Positions 1 through 8,897 of a DNA stretch of 26,993 nucleotides are shown one piece after another (position 1 is the stretch's first letter; every line of letters starts with the position of its first letter). The DNA lies in IMG/VR virus record IMGVR_UViG_3300030372_003023, positions 1 to 26,993 of that record. One strand, written 5' to 3'. This stretch comes from a virus (Duplodnaviria > Caudoviricetes). The position numbers and the translations under genes are program-made. The notes beneath the pieces were generated by a model that worked only from the letters and a program-made list of their open reading frames with translations, had not been told where the DNA came from and made no database searches.

Positions 1-750
1 ATGGGTAATTATATACATCACATTTCTAATATGTGTAATAGTAATGGGGTACTCTTTAAAATGCCTACTGCTGATGGCTCAGCAGGTCAGATAATACAAA
101 CCAATGGTTCAGGAGTTTTATCATTTACAGCAGCAGGTGGAACAAGTCCAACAGTTACAGGGGTAACACCTTCAGCTATTGGCAATAGTGCAACATCAGT
201 CGTTATTGCAGGTACAGGATTTGTAATTACACCAAATGTAGAATTTATTAATTCATCAGGGGTTATAACTTTACCAAATAGTATCGTCAGAGATTCGGCT
301 ACACAGCTTACAGTCAATGTAACACTAGCCACAGATGGTACATACTTTATCAGAGTTGAGAATCCTGATGGTTTAGCAGCAAGGTCAAGTTCTGCAATAC
401 TTACAGTATCAGACGCACCAACATGGAGTACATCTGCTGGAAGTCTTGGAAGTGTAGCAGCAGGAGATAGTGTCAGTTTGTCAGTCGCAGCTTCTAGTGA
501 TAGCACAGTTGCTTTTTCTGAAACCACAAGTGTATTAACGAGCAACACAGATACACCTGCTAGTACCATGAATTTATCGCTTAACAGTTCGACAGGTGCT
601 ATAACAGGAACAGCACCATCAGCAACAAGTGAAACGACTTACAACTTTACCTTACGAGCTACAGACGCAGAATCGCAAACAGCAGACAGAGCATTTAGTA
701 TAACAGTAACAGTAGGATTAAATAACAGTATTACATTCCAAAACCCATAG
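1..750 (+). CDS. Virion/tail protein with IPT/TIG and He_PIG-type Ig-like domains (possibly 5'-truncated by window edge)
   Basis: PTADGSAGQIIQTNGSGVLSF phage tail motif; PTVTGVTP (IPT-like); LSLNSSTGAITGT...YNFTLRATD (putative Ig); Ser/Thr rich. Confidence 0.75.
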   Translation: MGNYIHHISNMCNSNGVLFKMPTADGSAGQIIQTNGSGVLSFTAAGGTSPTVTGVTPSAIGNSATSVVIAGTGFVITPNVEFINSSGVITLPNSIVRDSATQLTVNVTLATDGTYFIRVENPDGLAARSSSAILTVSDAPTWSTSAGSLGSVAAGDSVSLSVAASSDSTVAFSETTSVLTSNTDTPASTMNLSLNSSTGAITGTAPSATSETTYNFTLRATDAESQTADRAFSITVTVGLNNSITFQNP

Positions 751-758
751 GAGATTAA

Positions 759-2201
759 ATGTCAGCATATTTATCAAGAACAAACTCATCGGCAGGTAAC
801 AGAAAAACCATGACTTGGAGTTTTTGGATTAAATTTAACAGAGGAGAAAACGCATCATACTCATCATCAGAACCAGCAATTGTGTTGTATGGAGATGCAC
901 AAAGTGGTTATCCAGCACATAGAATTTCTTTTTATCAAGGTAAAGCAACTTTTTATTCAGCAGATGATGCTGCACAAAATGGCAAGGTAGCTATGGAATC
1001 AGGAGATATTAGATTTAGAGATTCTAGTGCATGGTATCATTTTGTTTATACTCTTGATACTACTGCTGGTAGTGCAGCAGCAAGACAAAGAGTTTGGGTT
1101 AATGGTGTAGCAGCAGAAGTCAATGGTAATGGTGGTTGGGTTCAAACAGATGCTGGGCAAAACAAAGACACAGACCACAACGGAACAGAAACAATTTATA
1201 TAGGTAAGTATAGTTCCATAGGTTACTTTGATGGACAGATAGCTGATTATCATTTTATAGATGGTCAAGCTAAAATACATACAGACTTTGGACAGTTTGA
1301 TACTACGTCAGGTATTTGGAAACCTAAAGCCTACTCAGGCACATTTACAGGAAACTCATTTTATCTTAAAGGAGAAAATGCTGGTAATATAGGACTAGAC
1401 TCATCAGGACTCAGCAATAACTTTACTGTATCAGGTACTAATGTTTATCAATCAGAAGATACTCCAAGCAATAACTTTGCAATATTGAACTATGACAATA
1501 GTCGTAAAGATGCTGTTGGCAGAATAATTAATGGTGGTTTAACTATTAGCAATAACAATGATAGTTATTCTTTTGGAACTGCATCAGCAACACTTGCTGT
1601 ATCTAAAGGTAAGTGGTATTGGGAAGCAAAAGCAACAGGAGCTGGTGGCTATGTTTATGTGGGCTTTTGTGTTTTTGGAGATTTTAAATCAACAAATAAA
1701 AGAAGTTTAGACCCAACATCACAAACTGATAATTCATCATGGATGTTTATGAGTAGTACAAATTCAAGTTATCAACTCAAAAAAGTTAAACACGATAACT
1801 CAGATGTTTTAACATCATTCGGACCTACTATAGCACAAAATGACATTATTATGTGTGCGTTAGATTTAGATAATGGAAAATGTTGGTGGGGTGTTAATGG
1901 CACATGGTTAGATAGTGGTAGTGGAACAGGAGTACCAGCAAGTGGTACATATCCTCATGTAACCTTTACTCAAAATCCAAGTGGAGAGGGAACTACACCA
2001 GTATTTTATTCACCTTTATTTACAACTTATGGGTTTGCTGGAAATTCTGAATTGCAAGTAAACTTTGGAGCAACAGGCAAATTTGGAAATACAGCATTAT
2101 CATCAGCACAAGCAGATAATGGTGGGAATGGTACATTTGAATATAGTCCACCTAGTGGTTTTTATTCATTGTGTACTAACAATATAGCAGATTATGGATA
2201 G
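759..2201 (+). CDS. Tail fibre/receptor-binding protein with LamG/concanavalin A-like and SPRY-like domains
   Basis: TWSFWIK, WYHFVYTLDT, YFDGQIADYHFIDG (LamG-like); GKWYWE, IIMCALDLDNGKCWWGVNG, NFG...PPSGFYSLC (SPRY-like); SD GGAG upstream. Confidence 0.75.
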   Translation: MSAYLSRTNSSAGNRKTMTWSFWIKFNRGENASYSSSEPAIVLYGDAQSGYPAHRISFYQGKATFYSADDAAQNGKVAMESGDIRFRDSSAWYHFVYTLDTTAGSAAARQRVWVNGVAAEVNGNGGWVQTDAGQNKDTDHNGTETIYIGKYSSIGYFDGQIADYHFIDGQAKIHTDFGQFDTTSGIWKPKAYSGTFTGNSFYLKGENAGNIGLDSSGLSNNFTVSGTNVYQSEDTPSNNFAILNYDNSRKDAVGRIINGGLTISNNNDSYSFGTASATLAVSKGKWYWEAKATGAGGYVYVGFCVFGDFKSTNKRSLDPTSQTDNSSWMFMSSTNSSYQLKKVKHDNSDVLTSFGPTIAQNDIIMCALDLDNGKCWWGVNGTWLDSGSGTGVPASGTYPHVTFTQNPSGEGTTPVFYSPLFTTYGFAGNSELQVNFGATGKFGNTALSSAQADNGGNGTFEYSPPSGFYSLCTNNIADYG

Positions 2202-2212
2202 GAAAATAAATT

Positions 2213-3319
2213 ATGGCATACGCATCAATACCAAAAAATAAAGCACATTTTACATCAGTAAGATACACAGGTTCAGATTCAACAACAACGATAAGTGGTT
2301 TAGATTTTCAACCTGATATAGTATGGACAAAAAACATGGATACAGGTTCTACTAACTGGAATTGTGTTGATAGCACTAGAGGGAACACAAGCAATATGTA
2401 TCTCAACACAAACGATGACGCAGAAACAGCTACAAGAGTAGCAAGTTTTACATCAGATGGTCTTACCCTTACAGGTAATGAATCAAGTACAAATGACGCA
2501 AGTGATAATTACATTACTCAGTTATTTAAAATAAATGGTGGTACAACATCATCGAATGGAGATGGTTCTATTACATCTACAGTACAAGCAAATGCGTCTG
2601 CTGGTATGTCTGTTGTTAAATATACAGGCACAGGTAGTGCAGCAACAGTAGGACATGGATTAGGACAAAAGCCTGATTACATTATTATTAAAAGAATAAA
2701 TAATGCTACTGCTTATTGGACAATATATTCAAGTAAATTTAATGATGATGACAGCTCATCATTTAGCACAGACCCTGAAACTGATTATATAGAACTAGGG
2801 CATAATGCAGCATTAACAGATGATAGTACTAGGTTTAATGACACAGCTCCTACCACAAGTGTTTTTAGTATAGGAACAGCTAATGCTGTCAATGCTAGTG
2901 GAAGTGATTATGTAGCTTATTGTTTTGTAGGCATAAAAGGATTTAGTCATATAGGTTTATATAGAGGTAACGGACAAAACGACTCATCTTTTATATACAC
3001 AGGTGGCAAACCTAGAATGGTTTTAATTAAATCTATGCATACAGGTGCATGGGTTATGCAAGACTACGGAATGAATTACAATAGATTACAGGGTTCAGGT
3101 AATCAATATTTTATGACACCTGAAAATACTAATGCTAAAGAAGCACAAACATCAGGTCAATATAGTGGTCATGGTGTATCATGGATAGATTTTAGAGCCA
3201 ATGGGTTTAAAATAGCAACAAGTAATGCCTGGCTAGGAGATGGCTATAAATATTTATATATAGCATTTTTAGAAGAACCTATTGTTTCAACAAACAAAGT
3301 ACCAGCAACAGCAAGATAG
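2213..3319 (+). CDS. Tail fibre-associated beta-repeat virion protein
   Basis: Repeated YTG.G / GLDFQPDIVWTK / GHGLGQKPDYIIIK / YVAYCF motifs typical of marine phage tail proteins. Confidence 0.65.
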   Translation: MAYASIPKNKAHFTSVRYTGSDSTTTISGLDFQPDIVWTKNMDTGSTNWNCVDSTRGNTSNMYLNTNDDAETATRVASFTSDGLTLTGNESSTNDASDNYITQLFKINGGTTSSNGDGSITSTVQANASAGMSVVKYTGTGSAATVGHGLGQKPDYIIIKRINNATAYWTIYSSKFNDDDSSSFSTDPETDYIELGHNAALTDDSTRFNDTAPTTSVFSIGTANAVNASGSDYVAYCFVGIKGFSHIGLYRGNGQNDSSFIYTGGKPRMVLIKSMHTGAWVMQDYGMNYNRLQGSGNQYFMTPENTNAKEAQTSGQYSGHGVSWIDFRANGFKIATSNAWLGDGYKYLYIAFLEEPIVSTNKVPATAR

Positions 3320-3328
3320 GAGAATTTT

Positions 3329-4057
3329 ATGGGATTAGAAACAGGAACATATATAGACAGTCTTAACAGTTCAAACCCCTCAGCAGGCGACCCTGTTAAT
3401 GAGGGTGATGACCATATAAGATTGGTAAAATCAACGGTAAAAGCAACATTTCCTAACATATCAGGAGCTGTTACTTCTACGCATACAGAATTAAATTTAC
3501 TCGACGGTGTTACAGCAAACACTACGGAACTTAATTATGTAGATGTTGCTACATTAGGAACTGTAGAAGCGTCTAAAGCAGTTACGGTAGATGCTAATAA
3601 AGATGTTACAGCTATTAGAAATCTTACTATGACAGGTACGCTAACTGTAGGTGGTAATACAGCAGCTACTTTACAAGCTGTATATCCTGTAGGTTCTATT
3701 TATATTAATGCAGCAGTGGCTACCAATCCTGCTACATTATTAGGTTTTGGAACTTGGGTAGCATTTGGAGCTGGTCGTGTAATGGTTGGTATAGATTCAA
3801 GCGACACCGATTTTGATACAGCACAAGAAACAGGTGGTTCTAAAACTCATACATTAACTACTTCTGAATTACCATCACATACACACACATTAAATATTCC
3901 TTCATCAGAAAATGGTGGAACTTCTAATGACCACGCTTTATTTCCTGACAACACATCTAGTGGTGAAACTTTTACTACAGCAGCAACAGGAAGTAATTCA
4001 GCACACAATAATGTGCAACCATATATCGTTGTATATATGTGGAGAAGAACAGCATAA
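3329..4057 (+). CDS. Tail fibre/baseplate protein (gp10 C-terminal-like domain)
   Basis: YPVGSIY...NPATLLGFGTW...GRVMVG...GGSKTHTLTTSELPSH...HNNVQPYIVVYMWRRTA motif. Confidence 0.75.
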   Translation: MGLETGTYIDSLNSSNPSAGDPVNEGDDHIRLVKSTVKATFPNISGAVTSTHTELNLLDGVTANTTELNYVDVATLGTVEASKAVTVDANKDVTAIRNLTMTGTLTVGGNTAATLQAVYPVGSIYINAAVATNPATLLGFGTWVAFGAGRVMVGIDSSDTDFDTAQETGGSKTHTLTTSELPSHTHTLNIPSSENGGTSNDHALFPDNTSSGETFTTAATGSNSAHNNVQPYIVVYMWRRTA

Positions 4058-5595
4058 TGGCAATATTTCAAGTAGGGCCTCCAAAAGGTATGTCTAAAGA
4101 CATAAACCCTACTGCGTTACCAAATGAGGTGTTTTCACACACAGAAAACGTTAGGTTTGAGGACAACGCAGCTAAAAAAATATTAGGACACGATACAGTA
4201 TTTACAACACCTAGTGTAGCACCTTATTTTTTATTAAATTTAACTGGTTCTACTAATTATTGGTTTTACGCAGGAACTGCTAAAATATATAGGACAGATA
4301 GTACTAATAATGTAGATGTAACAAGGGCATCGGGTGGAGATTACAGTACAAACTTAACAGGCACAGGAAACTGGGTAGGTTCAATATTTAACGGTAATCC
4401 TATACTATGTAACGGTGTAGATGACCCACAACTTTATGATTTAAGTACAAGTAAGTTTTTAGATTTAACTAACTGGCCAGCAAGTACGACTTGTAAATCT
4501 ATAAGACCTTATGGTAATTATTTAATAGCTTTAAATTTAACAGAATCAGGAACTAATTTACCAAATAAAATAAGATGGTCTGACGCATCTATATCTGTAC
4601 CTAGTACATGGGTAGCAGGCGCTACCAATGACGCTGGCGCTAATACTATTGGTGATGAAGGAGATTTTATTGTTGATGGTTTTCCACTTAAACAATCTTT
4701 TATAATTTACAAAGAACGTAGTACATGGTTAATGAATTATATAGGTGGTAACCTTGTATTTAGTTTTCAAAAATTATTTAACGATAGTGGGGTGTTATCA
4801 AGAAATTGTGTTGTTGAATTTGACGGTAAACATTTTGTTGTTATAGAAGGAGATTTAATAGTACATAATGGTGTTTCAAAACAATCGGTAGCAACTAATT
4901 TAGTAAAAAGAGCATTATTTAACGATTTAGACAGTACTAACTATAAAAACATATTTGTTGCGCACAATAAACAAAAAAATGAAATATGGGTTTCTTATCC
5001 AAGTGTAGGCTCTACATTTTGTAACAAAGCATTAATTTGGAACTATAGAGCAAATGCTTTTAGTTTTAGAGATTTACCAAACATACTACATATTGGTACT
5101 GGTATTGTAAATCCAGGCACATCAAGTATTGTTTGGTCAGGACAAAGTCAAACATGGATTTCTTACAACACTACTGAAAACTGGGGACAACGTAATTATA
5201 ACCCAGCTGAAGTTAGTATACTTATGGCAGGTACTGACGACACTAAGTTTTATAGAGGAGACAAAGGTTTTGATTTTTCTGGTTCTGACTTTACTATGAC
5301 ATTAGAACGTAAAGGTTTAGTTTTAGACGGTAATACCAATACGGTAAAACAAGTTAGGAAAGTAACACCACGTATTTCAGGTACAGGTTCTTGTCAAATA
5401 TTTGTTGGTAGTTCTATGTCCCCTAACGGAACATACACATACGGTACACAACAACATTTAGACCCTAATTCACAAAATAAAGTAGATGCTAGGACTACTG
5501 GTAAGTACATAGCAATAAAATTTCAACATACATCATCAAGTACATTTGAGTTAAATGGGTATGATTTAGAATACGAGGTATTAGGAGAAAGGTAA
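4057..5595 (+). CDS. Tail hub/nozzle (packaged-DNA stabilisation, P22 gp10-like) protein
   Basis: ~510 aa beta-rich protein after fibres and before ejection genes; start placed at the TAATG overlap (MAIFQVG) rather than 4039. Confidence 0.55.
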   Translation: MAIFQVGPPKGMSKDINPTALPNEVFSHTENVRFEDNAAKKILGHDTVFTTPSVAPYFLLNLTGSTNYWFYAGTAKIYRTDSTNNVDVTRASGGDYSTNLTGTGNWVGSIFNGNPILCNGVDDPQLYDLSTSKFLDLTNWPASTTCKSIRPYGNYLIALNLTESGTNLPNKIRWSDASISVPSTWVAGATNDAGANTIGDEGDFIVDGFPLKQSFIIYKERSTWLMNYIGGNLVFSFQKLFNDSGVLSRNCVVEFDGKHFVVIEGDLIVHNGVSKQSVATNLVKRALFNDLDSTNYKNIFVAHNKQKNEIWVSYPSVGSTFCNKALIWNYRANAFSFRDLPNILHIGTGIVNPGTSSIVWSGQSQTWISYNTTENWGQRNYNPAEVSILMAGTDDTKFYRGDKGFDFSGSDFTMTLERKGLVLDGNTNTVKQVRKVTPRISGTGSCQIFVGSSMSPNGTYTYGTQQHLDPNSQNKVDARTTGKYIAIKFQHTSSSTFELNGYDLEYEVLGER

Positions 5596-5855
5596 TGGCA
5601 CAAGCACCTAGATATACCCCTAATCCTGTACCCGAAAACCCCGAAGATTTACCAAAATATATATTTGAGGAATTTATAAAATTACAAGGAGCATTAGAGG
5701 AAACACCTGTAACTTTTATAGAAATAAAAAACGTGACACCCGATAGAATAAAACAAGGAGATATAGTTTACGCAGATGGCTCTAATTTTAATCCTGGCGG
5801 TGGCGAGGGTATATATTTTAGAAACTCTGCTGGTAGTTGGGTTAAATTAGGATAA
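5595..5855 (+). CDS. Small virion/tail-associated protein
   Basis: TAATG coupling, SD AGGAG; synteny. Confidence 0.55.
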   Translation: MAQAPRYTPNPVPENPEDLPKYIFEEFIKLQGALEETPVTFIEIKNVTPDRIKQGDIVYADGSNFNPGGGEGIYFRNSAGSWVKLG

Positions 5856-5859
5856 AAAT

Positions 5860-6288
5860 ATGAAAACAACACTAATGGGTGTTCCACCTGAAAACATAGA
5901 AGATGTGTGGGATAAATGCGAACATTTTATAGAGTTAGGTAATAATAAAAGTCAAGAAGAAATGACAGTTGAGGACATAAAGGAAGCTTGTTCTAACGCT
6001 GAAATGCAATTATGGATAATATATAACGAAGGTTTATATTGTATTGGAGCTTTTACTACACAAATATTAGATTATCCTAATAAAAAAGTTTGTAGAATTG
6101 TAACTTTAGGGGGAAAATATATGGATAAATGGTTACATTTAATAGAATTTATAGAAGATTGGGCTATAGAAAAAGGCGCTAAACACGTAGAAATGTTTTG
6201 TAGAGCTGGTTTTCTTAAAAAATTAAATAAAAACGGGTACAATGTAATATACACAGTACTCGGTAAAGAATTAACAACATTACACTAG
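5860..6288 (+). CDS. GNAT-like tail assembly protein
   Basis: MQLWII...CRIVTLGG...IEDWAIEKGAKHVEMFCRAGF acetyltransferase-like pattern between tail and ejection genes. Confidence 0.55.
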   Translation: MKTTLMGVPPENIEDVWDKCEHFIELGNNKSQEEMTVEDIKEACSNAEMQLWIIYNEGLYCIGAFTTQILDYPNKKVCRIVTLGGKYMDKWLHLIEFIEDWAIEKGAKHVEMFCRAGFLKKLNKNGYNVIYTVLGKELTTLH

Positions 6289-6300
6289 AGAGGTAAAATT

Positions 6301-7173
6301 ATGAGTGGAGGAGGCGGTAGTACCGTACAAAAAGCTGAACCGTCAGATATACAAGCCCCTTATTTATCAAATATGTACAGTTCAGCTCAGCAATTATATG
6401 ACGCTGGGCCTATGCAGTTTTATCCTAATAGATTAACTGCGTTGCCAAGTGCTGAACAATTACAGGGGGAGGATTTAGCAAGATTAACTGCTTTAGGTGG
6501 ACAATCTACTATAGCAGGAGCTGCCATACCAGCTGCTCAATTTCAACTAGCAGGCCCTGCTAATTTAATGAATAACCCATACTTAGCTGGCGCAACTGAG
6601 GCGGCACTTAGACCGTTGTTTACACAAACACAAGGTTTGTTACAACAAGCTAGGAGAGATGCTACAGGTGCAGGACAGTTAGGTAGTGATAGACAAGCAA
6701 TACTCGAGGGTAATGTTATCGGTAATTATTTACAAAGAGCTGGAGATGTTACAGCGCAAATGTACGGACAAGCATATCAAGACGCTTTGAAAACACAGAC
6801 AGCAGCTTTATCACAATTACCAACTGTAATGTCATCTGTAATGACACCAAGTCAATCATTAATGCAGTTAGGTGGTTTAGAAACACAAAGAGCTCAACAA
6901 GCAATAAATGACGCTAGAGCAAGGTTTGAGTTTGAACAACAAGCACCACAAGTTGCTTTACAAAATTATGCAAACATTGTTGGTACAAATATGTTGCCAG
7001 GCACACAAACAACTACAGCGGGTGACCCATTATTAGACCCAGCTGGTGCATTAGTTGGTGGTGGCGCAGGTTATTTAGGTGGTTCTATGGTTGCTGGAGC
7101 TACAGCTGGTAGTACATTGGGGGTTCCAGGCATGGTAGCTGGAGCAATTATTGGAGGTTTATTAGCAGGATGA
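6301..7173 (+). CDS. DNA ejection/internal virion protein (pilot-like)
   Basis: MSGGGGS start, Gln/Ala-rich, Gly-rich hydrophobic C-terminus; SD GAGG. Confidence 0.6.
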   Translation: MSGGGGSTVQKAEPSDIQAPYLSNMYSSAQQLYDAGPMQFYPNRLTALPSAEQLQGEDLARLTALGGQSTIAGAAIPAAQFQLAGPANLMNNPYLAGATEAALRPLFTQTQGLLQQARRDATGAGQLGSDRQAILEGNVIGNYLQRAGDVTAQMYGQAYQDALKTQTAALSQLPTVMSSVMTPSQSLMQLGGLETQRAQQAINDARARFEFEQQAPQVALQNYANIVGTNMLPGTQTTTAGDPLLDPAGALVGGGAGYLGGSMVAGATAGSTLGVPGMVAGAIIGGLLAG

Positions 7174-7733
7174 ATATAATTAGTATGTACCCGTTATATA
7201 CAAAAAAAGATAATGATAACCCATTTTCTTTAGAAGCTAGGGCAAATTTAGCAAAAACGTATGGTATACAAACCCCTTTAAATATTAGTAGTGGTATACC
7301 CAATACACCAAACACATTTGGTATGAATAATATGGTACAACCAAAAAACCCAAGTCAAAGTATATTAGATTATTTTGGTGATAAAATAGATGGATTATTA
7401 CAAACTAATTACATGGAACAACCCGTTTCTAATGTAACTACTTACGATGTAGATGGTACGACTGCAACACAAGTTAATAGAATACCTGATGTTCCAAATA
7501 AACCAAAAGTAGATGTTTCAAATGTAAAAACACCAACAGATAATGTTGTAGAAACTGGTGGTTTATTAGATAATTTGAATATGAGCGATATTCAAGGTTT
7601 ATTAACTCTATTTAGTGGTTTAACTAGTACTAACTCTACTCCTGTTGCGCCTTTAAAAGGTATACAGGGGACACCAACTAATTATATAAGTCCATATACA
7701 TCTTTATATGATGATGAAGAAAGGAGGGTTTAA
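7170..7733 (+). CDS. Putative internal virion protein
   Basis: ATGA overlap; position in ejection cluster. Confidence 0.5.
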   Translation: MNIISMYPLYTKKDNDNPFSLEARANLAKTYGIQTPLNISSGIPNTPNTFGMNNMVQPKNPSQSILDYFGDKIDGLLQTNYMEQPVSNVTTYDVDGTTATQVNRIPDVPNKPKVDVSNVKTPTDNVVETGGLLDNLNMSDIQGLLTLFSGLTSTNSTPVAPLKGIQGTPTNYISPYTSLYDDEERRV

Positions 7734-8896
7734 TGGCTGAAGAAGAAAAAAGTAGGTTACTTTTAGAAGAACAATATAATGTACAAAATACTAATACTGG
7801 TAATAGAAATACTTTTGTAAACCGTTTAGGCATGGGAAATTTATTATTAGGTTCTATACTAGCTGGCTCTATGATGCCACAACCAGCTGGTAAAAACGCA
7901 GTATCTAATGCTACTGATTTGTTTTTGAAAACACTTACAGCAACTAATCCAAAAACACTTATGCCGCCTGGAGAAACTACTTTAAAACAAGAAAGAGCAA
8001 AATCTTCTGTAAAACGTGAAGATAAAATATACGAAGCGGCAAGAAACGCACAAAATGTTTTATTGGATACACAAAAATTAGATACTATTGTAAATACTAT
8101 AAACACTAAAGGTTTCCAAACAGGTGGCAACCTACAACTTGTAAATAGCTTGATAGGTATAGGAAGAAAATATGGATTACAGTTTGACGGAGATACAGAA
8201 AATGTTAATGATTTAATTAACTATGGTAATATTGTAACTAAAGAATTAGCTATGGGTGGATTACAAGCATTTCCTGGCGCTATATCAGATAGAGAATTAA
8301 TTTATAGTGAAAGTAGTCAATTAGGTTTAGGTTTAGAAGATGTTACGTATAAACTAAAAAGTACTATAGATAAAAGTAAATCACAGTTTTTAATTGACAG
8401 CGCTGACGCACAAAGTATTTTCCAAAGTGGTGGCGCTAATATTAACGACAGGGTAACAATACAAAAAAGTAATATTACAGGTAAAGCAGAAAGTTTAACT
8501 AACGATGAATTTAGAAAAGATTACTTATTAGGTTTAGGTTATGAATTTGTAAATAAAGATGGTTTAACAGTACCTAAAGAAAAAATAACTTTGCAAAATA
8601 TAAATAAGTTACAAATAAGTCTTTTAAATAATTTAGACAGACAAGCTTTAGATTTACGTTTAAGACTTAATAGTGACAAAAACTATACAAATTCTAATTC
8701 TTGGATTACTAAAGAAATTAATGGTGAAACATTTTATATTTATAAAGGAGCTTTAAATGAAAAAAATGAGTTAGATAATAAATATTTTAAATTTTTAGAC
8801 GAAGGTAAAACACAAAAAAATCCTAATTACAGCCCTTACATAACTGGACAAGTAATAATAGAAGAAGATAAATATAAAAAATTAACAGGTAGATAA
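7733..8896 (+). CDS. Putative DNA ejection/transfer protein
   Basis: 387 aa; SD AGGAGG; PGAISDRE motif seen in ejection proteins; synteny. Confidence 0.55.
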   Translation: MAEEEKSRLLLEEQYNVQNTNTGNRNTFVNRLGMGNLLLGSILAGSMMPQPAGKNAVSNATDLFLKTLTATNPKTLMPPGETTLKQERAKSSVKREDKIYEAARNAQNVLLDTQKLDTIVNTINTKGFQTGGNLQLVNSLIGIGRKYGLQFDGDTENVNDLINYGNIVTKELAMGGLQAFPGAISDRELIYSESSQLGLGLEDVTYKLKSTIDKSKSQFLIDSADAQSIFQSGGANINDRVTIQKSNITGKAESLTNDEFRKDYLLGLGYEFVNKDGLTVPKEKITLQNINKLQISLLNNLDRQALDLRLRLNSDKNYTNSNSWITKEINGETFYIYKGALNEKNELDNKYFKFLDEGKTQKNPNYSPYITGQVIIEEDKYKKLTGR

Positions 8897-8897
8897 T

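Noticed and set aside
87-569. 160-aa antisense ORF
   Set aside because: Shadow of the Ser/Thr-rich Ig-domain gene
250-3910. Other TCATCAG (minus-strand CTGATGA) heptamers near 253, 864, 1401, 2100 and 3902
   Set aside because: They lie inside + strand CDS (mostly Ser-Ser codons), and I saw no accompanying stem II/GAAA/stem III arrangement
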